From the NCBI GenBank assembly GCA_046292385.1, contig JBKBRF010000003.1, forward strand, positions 138,855 to 178,220: a DNA stretch of 39,366 nt, given 5' to 3'. A program made the position numbers and the translations under genes. The stretch is from Armatimonadota bacterium. GTDB lineage: Bacteria > Armatimonadota > SYMT01. Positions within the stretch are counted from its first letter, which is position 1, and each line of letters begins with the position of its first letter. This document shows positions 7,486 to 16,879 of the stretch, piece after piece. The notes beneath the pieces were generated by a model that was not told the origin of the DNA, did no database searches, and saw only the letters and a program-made list of their open reading frames with translations.

Positions 7486-9204
7486 ATGGCGAAGCTAGGC
7501 GAAATCCTCGTCAACCGGGGATACATCACCGCGGAGCAGCTCCAGACCGCGCTGGACGCGCAGAGCGGACTTCCCACCCTGCAGGCCCTGGGCCACACGC
7601 TGGTGGGGATGGGTTACCTGACCGAGAAGGACCGCCTCCGCTGCCTCGCCGAGCAGTGGGGCGTCGAGTTCGTGGAGCTCGACACCTACCCGATCGACCT
7701 GGAGCTTGTCACCTCGGTCAGCCAGGAGATCTGCCGCCGCTACAAGGCGATCCCGATCGCGCGACCCAACGGCAAAGTGGTCGTGGCGATGAAGGAGCCG
7801 AACGACATCTACGCCATCGACGCCCTCCGGCTGATCCTGGGGGCCGACGTAGAGCCGGCGCTGGCAGAGGAGGAAGATATCCTCCACGCGGTCTCCCGCC
7901 ACTTCCAGAACGACGTCAGCGCTCAGGATGCGGTCAAGAGCGCGCTCAAGGACATCGACGTCCTCGGCATCGAAGCGAGCAGCGCTGAGACTGCGTCGGT
8001 GGAAGAGCCGAACGTGGAGCAGCTCCGCGAGCTGGTCGACGAAGCCCCGGTGGTCCGCCTCGCCAACCTGATCCTGGGACAGGCGGTGCGGGACGGCGCG
8101 AGCGACATCCACGTGGAGCCGACCAAAGACGGCATGCGGGTGCGGAACCGGATCGACGGCATCCTGACCGAGTCGATGGTGCTGCCGCGCAAGGTGCAGG
8201 CGCCGCTCGTCTCCCGCCTCAAGATCATGGCGTCGATGGATATCGCGGAGAAGCGCGCTCCCCAGGACGGCCGCATCAGCCTGATGATCGAGGGCAAGCA
8301 GTGGGACTTCCGCGTCTCCACCCTGCCGTCGCAGTTCGGCGAGAAGGTGGTGCTCCGGGTGCTCGACAAGAGCGCCATCGGCATCGGACTCCACCGTCTC
8401 GGCATCATGCCGAAGACGCTGGAGCAGTTCGAGGGCCTGATCCAGCGGACCTACGGCATCATCCTGGTCACCGGGCCGACCGGCTCCGGAAAGTCGACCA
8501 CCCTCTACTCCGTGCTCTCCAAGCTGAACAGCACGGAGAAGAACATCCTTACCATCGAGGACCCGGTGGAGTATGAGCTCGCCGGCCTCACCCAGGTCGG
8601 CGTCAACCCGAGGGCGGGCCTTACCTTCGCCTCCGGGCTCCGCTGTATGCTCCGGCAGGACCCCAACATCATCATGGTGGGGGAGATCCGGGATGAGGAG
8701 ACCGGTACCATCGCCGTCGAAGCGGCGCTGACCGGGCACCTGGTGCTCTCCACGCTGCACACCAACGACGCGCCCGGCGCCATCGCGCGCCTCCTCGACA
8801 TGGGAATCGAGCCGTTCCTCATCTCGTCCGCGGTCGTCGGCGTGCTCGCCCAGCGCCTCGTCCGCGTCATCTGCCCGCGGTGCAAGGTCGCCTACCAGCC
8901 GCCCATGGACGCCGTCCGGCGCCTCGGCATCAGCACCGAGAACAGCCAGGGTGTGAAGTTCTATCGCGGGCGCGGCTGCGATTATTGCAAGCAGACCGGC
9001 TACAAGGGCCGGATGGGCATTTACGAGCTGATGGTGCTGAGCGACGAGATCCGGGAGCTGGCACTGGAGCGCGCGAGCAGCCACCAGATCCGGCAGGCCG
9101 CCATCTCCAACGGCATGATCACGCTTAAAGCCGACGCGACCGAGAAGGTGCTCCTCGGCATGACCACCCTGGAGGAGACGCTCCGTGTCATTTACAGTGG
9201 CTAA
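7486..9204 (+). CDS. pilB: Type IV pilus extension ATPase PilB (GspE family) with N-terminal MshEN domain
   Basis: KLGEILVNRGYITAEQL..AL..Q MshEN-type repeat, ASDIHVEP, GPTGSGKST, LRQDPNIIMVGEIRD, CxxC...CxxC zinc site. Confidence 0.93.
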   Translation: MAKLGEILVNRGYITAEQLQTALDAQSGLPTLQALGHTLVGMGYLTEKDRLRCLAEQWGVEFVELDTYPIDLELVTSVSQEICRRYKAIPIARPNGKVVVAMKEPNDIYAIDALRLILGADVEPALAEEEDILHAVSRHFQNDVSAQDAVKSALKDIDVLGIEASSAETASVEEPNVEQLRELVDEAPVVRLANLILGQAVRDGASDIHVEPTKDGMRVRNRIDGILTESMVLPRKVQAPLVSRLKIMASMDIAEKRAPQDGRISLMIEGKQWDFRVSTLPSQFGEKVVLRVLDKSAIGIGLHRLGIMPKTLEQFEGLIQRTYGIILVTGPTGSGKSTTLYSVLSKLNSTEKNILTIEDPVEYELAGLTQVGVNPRAGLTFASGLRCMLRQDPNIIMVGEIRDEETGTIAVEAALTGHLVLSTLHTNDAPGAIARLLDMGIEPFLISSAVVGVLAQRLVRVICPRCKVAYQPPMDAVRRLGISTENSQGVKFYRGRGCDYCKQTGYKGRMGIYELMVLSDEIRELALERASSHQIRQAAISNGMITLKADATEKVLLGMTTLEETLRVIYSG

Positions 9205-10336
9205 CTGGCAGGACCTGCCGCCCGCAGCGCCCCCCGCCCCCACGCTGACCACCGGCGCGCTGCCGGTGGCCGAGCTGCATATCGACGACCTGCTGATCGA
9301 GGCGATGCAGCGCGGCGCTTCGGACCTCCACCTCTCCGAGAAGCTGCCGCCGACCGTCCGCCTCGACGGCAAGCTGGTCCGCCTCGGCTACGAGCCGCTG
9401 ACCGCGCAGGATATTCAGCGCCTGGTCTACGACGTGCTCAACAACCAGCAGATCCAGTGGTTCGAAAAGGTCCGGGAGCTCGACTTCTCCTACGAGATCG
9501 TGGGCGTGGGCCGGTACCGGTTCAACGTCTACCGCCAGCGCGGCTCCATCGGTGCGGCGATGCGCGCCATTCCGACCAAGATCCCCACGCTGGAAGAGCT
9601 GCGCCTGCCGAACATGCTGCGCGAGCTCACCCGCCGCCCCAGCGGCCTGGTGCTGGTGACCGGCGCCACCGGTATGGGGAAGTCGACCACCCTCGCCTCC
9701 ATGATCGACGTCCTGAACCAGGAGCGCGACTGCCACGTGATGACGATCGAGGATCCGATCGAGTACATTCACGGGCACCGGCGGGCGATGGTGAACCAGC
9801 GGGAGCTGGGGCAGGACACGAACAGCTTTGAGAACGCGCTGCGCGCCGTGCTCCGCGAAGACCCCGACGTGATCCTGGTGGGGGAGATGCGAGACCTGGA
9901 GACGATCAGCGCGGCCGTGACGCTGGCGGAAACCGGCCACCTGGTCTTCGCCACGCTCCACACCCGCAACGCGCCCCAGACGATCGACCGCCTGGTCGAC
10001 GTCTTCCCGCCGCACCAGCAGGACCAGATCAAGGTGCAGCTCGCCAACTCTCTGGAGGCGGTGGTGGCCCAGCAGCTCCTGCCGCGCGTCGGCGGCGGAC
10101 GCATCCCGGCGGTCGAGATCATGCTCGCCAACAGCGCGGTCCGCAACCTGATTCGCGAGGGCCGGACGGAGCAGCTCGCCTCCTGCATCGAGACCGGCGC
10201 GCAGCACGGGATGCAGACCATGGACCGCGCCCTGGTGCACCTGCTGCGGATGGGCGCCATCACCATGGACACCGCCCGTGCGGCCACGCTCGACCCGGAC
10301 AACCTCCTCCGCCTGCTGAAGAACTTCGGCCTCTAA
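9185..10336 (+). CDS. pilT: Type IV pilus retraction ATPase PilT
   Basis: ASDLHL, GATGMGKST, LREDPDVILVGEMRD, AVRNLIRE (AIRNLIRE motif); GGAGGAG RBS before GTG 9185. Confidence 0.92.
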   Translation: MSFTVANWQDLPPAAPPAPTLTTGALPVAELHIDDLLIEAMQRGASDLHLSEKLPPTVRLDGKLVRLGYEPLTAQDIQRLVYDVLNNQQIQWFEKVRELDFSYEIVGVGRYRFNVYRQRGSIGAAMRAIPTKIPTLEELRLPNMLRELTRRPSGLVLVTGATGMGKSTTLASMIDVLNQERDCHVMTIEDPIEYIHGHRRAMVNQRELGQDTNSFENALRAVLREDPDVILVGEMRDLETISAAVTLAETGHLVFATLHTRNAPQTIDRLVDVFPPHQQDQIKVQLANSLEAVVAQQLLPRVGGGRIPAVEIMLANSAVRNLIREGRTEQLASCIETGAQHGMQTMDRALVHLLRMGAITMDTARAATLDPDNLLRLLKNFGL

Positions 10337-10484
10337 GGCGCGCATCCGGTAAGCGGCGGATCTGTCGGTCTCCGTCCGCGCCGGATCCTGAACGCTGCCG
10401 CCTTCGCGAGGGGGATGACTCCCCGGAGATACCGGATTGGCGAGCCGCCGCAGTAAACCCTGGCGGAGGGGTTCGGGCCGACGA

Positions 10485-10806
10485 GCTTGTGATGTCCCTC
10501 AATGCGTGAGTTGATGTTGAGGGAATGTAGCTTCTCCGAAAACTCACGAGCCGCCCTGGAAACAAATACCGGTTTAGGCTATCTTTAGCCGTGGGTAGTA
10601 TCTAACTCGGACCCTTGTACGTCTCTTCAGCAAGAGGGTGCAACGCGGCCGGAATCCTGGAGCGTCCTACGGTGATAGGAAGGCGCAAGGACCGGCTTCG
10701 GAAGCATCCCATACCGAGATTTGGCCCTGGTTGACCCCTCCCACCACACCGGATCTCTCTCACTCACGCTCGTAGTCAAGACCGCTGCTGCTTCGGCAGC
10801 GTAGTG
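10485..10806. other. Lower-GC structured non-coding region with potential pseudoknot and an IS200/IS605-end-like motif
   Basis: Stems 10495-10502/10517-10524 and 10505-10512/10541-10548; CTTTAGCCGTGGGTAG at 10583-10598; nested hairpin 10648-10696; cUUCGg hairpin 10787-10800. Confidence 0.4.
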
Positions 10807-10868
10807 ACCCCTTTCTCTACAGTGGCACAGGGAAGTTTGTGCGTACCCGCCCTGGAGGATGCAGCCCG

Positions 10869-11405
10869 GTGGTGACGATCTACAGCAGGTTTCCGGGGCC
10901 ATGGTGGCGCCTCGGTCGGCGTGACGTGGTGTTCCGCGTCAAAGGTGACAATCTGGAGAAGGCCGAGCTGGGGAACAGGATCCTGGCCGAGGCCGACCTG
11001 CGCGGTGTGAACCTGCGCGGCGCGAACCTGAACACGTCTGACCTCTCCCAGGCGGACCTTTCCCGGGCCGACCTCCGCGGGGCGCGGCTCGGCCGGACCT
11101 TCTTTACCGACGCGCTCCTTTGCGAGGCGGACCTGCGCGGGGCGTCCATGCCGCAAGCGGTCCTGGAGCGGGCGGATCTCCGCGGCGCGGATCTCCGCGG
11201 CGCCGACCTCTCCGGGGCGGTGCTGCGCGACGCGAACCTGCGCGGTGCCCGGTACGATACTTCCACCCGCTGGCCCGCCAACTGCAGTCCGATCGACTGC
11301 GGCGCCATCCTGGAGTCCGGCCCGCCCTCCGGCCGAAAGTCACCCGCCGCCGCCCCGGGTGAAGAGGATCACCGCCACCCCCAGCGGTCGCCGATCCTGA
11401 TGTAA
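10869..11405 (+). CDS. Pentapeptide repeat protein
   Basis: Tandem A(D/N)Lxx repeats and C-cap [11 protein letters not shown]; start placed at the GTG following GGAGG (uncertain). Confidence 0.85.
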   Translation: MVTIYSRFPGPWWRLGRRDVVFRVKGDNLEKAELGNRILAEADLRGVNLRGANLNTSDLSQADLSRADLRGARLGRTFFTDALLCEADLRGASMPQAVLERADLRGADLRGADLSGAVLRDANLRGARYDTSTRWPANCSPIDCGAILESGPPSGRKSPAAAPGEEDHRHPQRSPILM

Positions 11406-11478
11406 GCGCGGCCGGCCCCTGCACCCTTTGTGAGGCGATGCTGCAACGCGGCAGCATCGCCTCACCACAGGAGAGGCC

Positions 11479-12765
11479 ATGCCCCCGGATGGCGATCACG
11501 AGCGCGGACGCGCCCCCGATGCCCGTCAGGGAGTCGGGGAGGTGATTGCAAGGCTCCTCGCAGAGCGAACGCAGATCGCTTTCGACGTGGTGGCAGACAC
11601 CGCCGGGGTGTCCAAGCGCTATCTCTTGTCGAAGGAGGAGCTGCGCGAGCGGATCCAGTTTCTCTCCGACTGCGAGAACGGCCTCGGCGCGCTCCGTGTC
11701 CGGGCCATCATTCCCCACCGCAAGAGCTGGGAACACATCCTGGCGCTCACCCCGGATGCGTCGATGCTGCTCGCCGCCACCGAGGACGGCGCGCTCACGG
11801 CGTGGGATCTCCACCCGGACGGTCCACAGCAGCGATGGAGCTTCCAGTCCGAGGACCCGATTTCCCGCTTGCGGGTTTCAGCCGACGGCGCCTCGCTTCT
11901 CACCTGCGCATTCCGGTGCATGCAGACGCGAAAGGCGGAGAACGGGGCGCAACTGTTCACCTTGCGAGGTCCTGGGGTGGGTCTTCAGGCCCTCCCGGGC
12001 TTCGACGCCACACCTTCACTCACGCGGGCGGTCACCTATGGCAAGAATGGCTTCACACTTGCTTGCTGGGATCTGGCAGCCGGCAGAGTGGTTCACGAGG
12101 CGCTGGAGGGGCACACCCGCCTCATCAGCAGCATGTCCATAACTCCTGATGGAGAGACGTTCATCTCGGGCTGCAGCTCGAGTGAGCCCCATATAAGCCC
12201 CGGGGGATTCGTCGATCTAGGTCCTGTCGACCCAGCGCTTCGGGTGTGGGATTTCGCCACCGGCAACTGCCGCCGTGTGCTGCACGGACACAAATTGGGC
12301 GTAAGCGAGATCTGCGTCTCGCCTGACGGAGCTCTCGCCGCCTCCGCCGGCGAAGACGGAACTGCACGCGTTTGGGACCTCGAAAGTGGCGAGTGTCTCC
12401 GATGCTTCGACGTCTACTCACAGCCGGTGCTGCAAGTGCGCTTTACTCCGGACGGCAAGCGGCTCATAACCACTGACGGAGAAGCCGTGCGAGTGTGGGA
12501 CCTAGAACGTCCCCGAGACGTACTGACGCTCCGGCATCCGGATAACCAATACGGGGGCGCGCTGATCGGGATCATGTCCGGCGGACTTCGGGCGGCAACT
12601 GAGTCCGGCCAGACCCTTTGCGTCTGGAATCTGGAGAACGGGCGCTGTGTAGCCAGATGGAAGAACCCCATCCAATATAGGTTCTGCGCGGTCACTGCCG
12701 GCCGGTGTATCGCGCTGGCTTCGATCAACGGCAGCGACATCCTGGTCCTCTCGCTCCAGGAGTAG
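11479..12765 (+). CDS. WD40-repeat protein with N-terminal DUF6262/TnpC-like helical segment
   Basis: Several GH...WD repeats (LEGHTRLI...LRVWD; LHGHKLGV...DGTARVWD); N-terminal IAFDVVADTAGVSKRYL...ELRERI; many A/T-ending codons. Confidence 0.8.
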   Translation: MPPDGDHERGRAPDARQGVGEVIARLLAERTQIAFDVVADTAGVSKRYLLSKEELRERIQFLSDCENGLGALRVRAIIPHRKSWEHILALTPDASMLLAATEDGALTAWDLHPDGPQQRWSFQSEDPISRLRVSADGASLLTCAFRCMQTRKAENGAQLFTLRGPGVGLQALPGFDATPSLTRAVTYGKNGFTLACWDLAAGRVVHEALEGHTRLISSMSITPDGETFISGCSSSEPHISPGGFVDLGPVDPALRVWDFATGNCRRVLHGHKLGVSEICVSPDGALAASAGEDGTARVWDLESGECLRCFDVYSQPVLQVRFTPDGKRLITTDGEAVRVWDLERPRDVLTLRHPDNQYGGALIGIMSGGLRAATESGQTLCVWNLENGRCVARWKNPIQYRFCAVTAGRCIALASINGSDILVLSLQE

Positions 12766-13017
12766 ATTCCACCGCCGACGCGGCGAGATGTCGCGCGCCG
12801 CCTGCGGTGTGAGCTCCGCCGCGCGCTGACTACCGATGCCAGCCACGTCGGCTATCTCTCCGGCTTCACCGGCAGCACCGCCGCGCTGCTGGGTCCCGGG
12901 TTCATCGCCGACTCCCGCTGCACCGCCCAGGCGGCGCGGGAGTGTCCCCGCTTCGAGCTGGCGCAGACCAACTCCGGCGGGGCCTCCGGAGCAGCCTTCC
13001 GGTTTCGCCACTGGTAG
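12766..13017 (+). pseudogene. Remnant of a Xaa-Pro peptidase (M24B, creatinase/prolidase N-domain)
   Basis: Hand translation in frame after the WD40 stop gives ...HVGYLSGFTGSTAALLGPGFIADSRCTAQAARECPRFE...; no start codon and no catalytic domain. Confidence 0.6.
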
Positions 13018-13157
13018 GCGACGGCGCCATTCCGGCAGTCCCGTCGAGCGGTAGCCTTACCCCCGCCATGGCCACGGCTACGGGTTACCGCGCGGATGTG
13101 GGGGCCGGGGTGCCCGCCCGCAGACCCCGCCCTATGAACGACCGTCCCATGAAAGAA

Positions 13158-13197
13158 GGGGAGCGGGAGAACCGGCGGCTGCCGTCTCCCGCTCCCC
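13158..13197 (-). terminator. Intrinsic terminator of lpdA
   Basis: 13-bp stem GGGGAGCGGGAGA/TCTCCCGCTCCCC followed on the minus strand by TTCTTTC. Confidence 0.7.
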
Positions 13198-13222
13198 GTT
13201 GCTTCACGCCTCGCGTGGACGC

Positions 13223-14728
13223 TTACTTGTGGATGGCGCGCTGCCAGGCGTCGAGGCTCGCCTCGAGGAAGCCTTCCGGCAGCGTGGGATGCGCGTGGAC
13301 CGTGTGGAAGATCTCGTCGACCGTCGCCTCCAGCGTCATTGCGAGGGTCGGCTCCGCGATCAGGTCGGTCACGTGGGCGCCGACCATGTGGACGCCCAAG
13401 ATCTCGCCGTACTTCGGCTCCGCGACCACCTTGATGAAACCTTCCCGGTAGCCGGCGGCGATGGCGCGGCCGAGGATGCGGAACGGGAACCGCCCCACCT
13501 TCACCTCGCCGTGGCGTTCCCGGGCCTCCGCTTCGGTCAGGCCGACCCACGCCACCTCCGGCGAGGTGTAGACGCAGCTCGGGATGTACCGGCTCTCAAA
13601 GCGCGCCTTGTGGCCGGCGATCACCTCCGCGGCGACCTCGCCCTGCCGGCTCGCCACGTGGGCGAGCTGCGGGAACGGGGTGATGTCGCCGATGGCGAAC
13701 ACCCCGCCGCGGGCGCGGGTGCGCTGCTGCTCGTCCACCGGCACGAACCGGCGCTGCAGCTCGATCCCGAGCTTCTCCAGGCCGATCCCCTCCGTGTTCG
13801 GCCAGCGGCCCGTGGCGACCAGCACCACTTCCGCCTCTACCGTCTTCTCCTCCGCGCCTTCCTTAGCGTAGCGGACGGAGAGGCCCTTCTTCGTCTTCTC
13901 GATCCCCTTCACGCGGACGCCGAGGAGCAGGTCGATCCCCTTCTTCTGGAACGACTTGCCGAGCTCCTGGGAGACCTCCGCGTCCGCCACCGGGATCACG
14001 CGGTCCGCCATCTCGAGCACCGTCACCTTGGCGCCGAGCTCGTGGAAGATGTCGCCCCACTCCAGGCCGACGGCCCCCGCCCCGATCACCGCCAGGCTCT
14101 TGGGGATGGTGGGGAGCGCCAGGAGCTGGTCGCTGTTCACCACGCCTTCCAGGTCGCTGCCCGGGATCGGCGGCGCGCTCGGGATCGAGCCGGTCGCCAC
14201 GATCAGGTTCGCGGCGGTCACCTTCTGCGTGCCCTGGTCGCCGGTCACCTCCACCTCGCTGGGGCTGAGGAAGCGGCCCTTTCCGTTGATGACGGTGACC
14301 TTGTTCTTCTGCATCAGGCCGCCGACACCCTGGCGGAACCCCGCGACTACCTTGTCGCGGCGCTTCACCATCGCGTCATAGTCCGGCTTCACGCCCTCTA
14401 CCGTGAACCCGTACTCCTTGCCGTTCCGCGCGGTGGCGAGCGCCTCCACGCTGGAGAGCATCGCCTTGGTCGGGATGCAGCCGACGTTGAGGCAGGTGCC
14501 GCCGAGGTGGTTCTTCTCCACGATGGCGACCTTGAGCCCGAGCTGCGCCGCGCGGATCGCCGCCACGTACCCGCCGGGGCCGGAGCCGACGATCGCCACG
14601 TCGTAGTCCGCGCCGTGCGCCGGCTTCCCTTGCGGCTGCGGCCGTTCCGTGGGACGCGCCGCTTCGGCGGGCACGGAGGTGGGCGAAGAGGGCCGCTCGA
14701 GGACGGTGGCGCTGGATTTGGTGGACAT
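13223..14728 (-). CDS. lpdA: Dihydrolipoyl dehydrogenase
   Basis: GSGPGGYVAAIRAAQLG, GGTCLNVGCIPTK redox disulfide, GAGAVGLE, HAHPTLPE. Confidence 0.95.
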   Translation of the reverse strand: MSTKSSATVLERPSSPTSVPAEAARPTERPQPQGKPAHGADYDVAIVGSGPGGYVAAIRAAQLGLKVAIVEKNHLGGTCLNVGCIPTKAMLSSVEALATARNGKEYGFTVEGVKPDYDAMVKRRDKVVAGFRQGVGGLMQKNKVTVINGKGRFLSPSEVEVTGDQGTQKVTAANLIVATGSIPSAPPIPGSDLEGVVNSDQLLALPTIPKSLAVIGAGAVGLEWGDIFHELGAKVTVLEMADRVIPVADAEVSQELGKSFQKKGIDLLLGVRVKGIEKTKKGLSVRYAKEGAEEKTVEAEVVLVATGRWPNTEGIGLEKLGIELQRRFVPVDEQQRTRARGGVFAIGDITPFPQLAHVASRQGEVAAEVIAGHKARFESRYIPSCVYTSPEVAWVGLTEAEARERHGEVKVGRFPFRILGRAIAAGYREGFIKVVAEPKYGEILGVHMVGAHVTDLIAEPTLAMTLEATVDEIFHTVHAHPTLPEGFLEASLDAWQRAIHK

Positions 14729-15000
14729 TCAGCCTTGCTCCCGGTACGAGATTTACCTGGTCGAAAAGGAGGCCCTTCGGGCCGTCTAACAATAGCTTAT
14801 CCCAGCGCGGTCCGGCAGTAGCGGGGAGACACGCCGCGGCGAGGGGACCTGCTGGCGAGGGGATCGGATCGCCGAGATGCGGCGGCGGACCCGGCGCACG
14901 CCGCCCAGACCCCCGGATTTCGCTGGTTGGGAACAGCCGCCGCGCGGGTAGAATGACTCTGCGAATTTCCCGGGCATTCCCGCGACTCCCCACCGAACCT

Positions 15001-15381
15001 ATGGATCCCTCCCGCACGCGTGGTCCGGTGCTGTTGATCGACGATGATCCGGCTTACCGCTATACCGTCTCCCGGTGGCTCCAGCAGGGTGGCTATGAGG
15101 TGGTTACCGCCGCGAGCGGGACGGAAGCGCTCGAGCATCTGCGCAAGGCCGAGGTGCTCCCGCGGCTGATCCTGCTCGACATCCTGATGCCGGAGATGGA
15201 CGGCAACGCCTTCCGGTGGGAACAGCTTGGCGACCCCCGGCTCCAGGGAATTCCGGTCGTCGTCTTGACGATGCTCGGAGCCTACGATCCCCGCGCGCTC
15301 GGAGGCTACTTCCGGGCGTACTGTCCCAAGAGTGTCGACAGAGAGACGCTGCTGCAGCTGGTGGCGCAGCACTGCCACTGA
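15001..15381 (+). CDS. Single-domain response regulator (receiver)
   Basis: VLLIDDD, LILLDILMPEMDG, IPVVVLT, PKS. Confidence 0.85.
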   Translation: MDPSRTRGPVLLIDDDPAYRYTVSRWLQQGGYEVVTAASGTEALEHLRKAEVLPRLILLDILMPEMDGNAFRWEQLGDPRLQGIPVVVLTMLGAYDPRALGGYFRAYCPKSVDRETLLQLVAQHCH

Positions 15382-15441
15382 CGGCCGGGAAGAACACTCG
15401 CCTGTAGGACTGCTCACCATCAGCCGACGATTGCATCGGCG

Positions 15442-15930
15442 GTGATTCAACCGATGCACCTCGTCAACATCCACGGGAGACGGCTGATGGACGTGCCCTC
15501 GCTCGCCGGGGCGAACCTGGCCCTGGCAAACCTGCGCGCGGTCGACCTGACCGGCATGGCGCTGGCGGACGCGCAGCTCGACGGCTCGGATTTGCGGGAC
15601 GGACAGCTCCTGCGGATTACCGCCTCCGGCGCTTCCCTGGCCGGGGCGCTGCTGATGCGGGCCAACCTGCAGGGGGCGGACCTTTCCGAGGCCGACCTGA
15701 GCTTTGCCAGCCTGGAAGGCGCGGACCTGCGGGGCGCGGACCTCCGCGGCGCCGATCTCCGCCGGACGAACCTGATGGGGGCCAACCTGGAGCGCGCGGA
15801 CCTCCGCGGCACGGACCTCCGCCACGCCCGCATCTCCGGCGCCTCGCTGGTCGGCGCCCTCTGCGACGCGTCCACCCTCTGGCCGGACGGCTGCGACCCC
15901 TCTGCCCTGGGGCTGCTGCTGTTGGAGTAA
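15442..15930 (+). CDS. Pentapeptide repeat protein
   Basis: A(D/N)LxG repeats and C-cap GALCDASTLWP; start may be ATG 15454. Confidence 0.85.
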   Translation: MIQPMHLVNIHGRRLMDVPSLAGANLALANLRAVDLTGMALADAQLDGSDLRDGQLLRITASGASLAGALLMRANLQGADLSEADLSFASLEGADLRGADLRGADLRRTNLMGANLERADLRGTDLRHARISGASLVGALCDASTLWPDGCDPSALGLLLLE

Positions 15931-15967
15931 ACCACGGCTGCGCCCTGGGCCCGGCGGCGGCCTCTCG

Positions 15968-16693
15968 CTACGCGCTGCCGCGGAGCCGCTCCAGGTGCTC
16001 CACGAGCCCGTGCAGGTCTTCTACCTCGTGGTCCGGCGTGATCCCCGGGATCGGGAGGAGATGCGGATAGCGGCGCATCCAGACGGCGTGGATGCCGGCG
16101 GCCTGCGCCCCGGCGATGTCGCGCTCCAGGTTGTCTCCCACCATCACCGCCTCGCCCGGCCGGGCACCCGCCAGCCCCAGCGCGTGCCGGAAGATCCCCG
16201 CGTCCGGCTTCCAGCTCCCGACCTCTCCGGAGACGACGAGGTGCGGCACCCACCGCTCCAGCTCCAGGGCCGCGATCTTCTCCCGCTGGAAGTCGCTGGG
16301 ACCGTTGGTCACCAGCACCAGGGTGTACTCGCGGCCGAGTCGCTCCAGGATCTCGACCGCTTCCTCGTAGAGCCGGTAATGCTTGCGCCGCTCCGCCAGG
16401 TAGAGCTCGCCGAGCTCCTTCGCCAGCTCGATCGTCAGCCCGCACTCCTTCAGCGTCTGCGCCCAGGTGACGCTGCGGTAGTGGAGCTGCGACTCGTAGG
16501 CGAAGCGACCTGCTTCCAGTTCCGACTCCAGCGCGTGGTAGGCGCGGGTGAAGGAGCGGCGGAACTGCTCCGGCGTCCAGTGCGGGTGCGCCGCCGCGGC
16601 CTGCTCGCAGCAGACCCGCATGGCGGTCATGTGCCCGTGGTGGGTCTCCAGGAGCGTGTCGTCGAGGTCGAAGAGGAGAGCGCGAATCGGCAT
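15968..16693 (-). CDS. HAD-superfamily hydrolase (YjjG/YfnB-like)
   Basis: FDLDDTL, VTNG, KPD, MVGDNLERDIAGA. Confidence 0.9.
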   Translation of the reverse strand: MPIRALLFDLDDTLLETHHGHMTAMRVCCEQAAAAHPHWTPEQFRRSFTRAYHALESELEAGRFAYESQLHYRSVTWAQTLKECGLTIELAKELGELYLAERRKHYRLYEEAVEILERLGREYTLVLVTNGPSDFQREKIAALELERWVPHLVVSGEVGSWKPDAGIFRHALGLAGARPGEAVMVGDNLERDIAGAQAAGIHAVWMRRYPHLLPIPGITPDHEVEDLHGLVEHLERLRGSA

Positions 16694-16697
16694 AGGA

Positions 16698-16879
16698 AGG
16701 GTTTAGGGTCTAGGGGTTAGGGTGCAGGCGTTCGGTGGGTTGTGCGTGTTTGAACCGGGGCCGGGTCCACCTTCGGTAAGCGGGGAGCGAGACAAAACGA
16801 GGCGCAAGGGCGGTCGTGTCCGAATGGGGCAGCCGGCCCCTCGCCAGCCCTAGACCCTAGACCCTGCCCCCTAGACCCT
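16698..16879. repeat. Inverted heptamer arrays (AGGGTCT)n ... (AGACCCT)n around a hairpin core
   Basis: Five degenerate units at 16698-16732, four to five reverse-complement units at 16846-16879; inner GGGGCCGG/CCGGCCCC stem. Confidence 0.75.
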
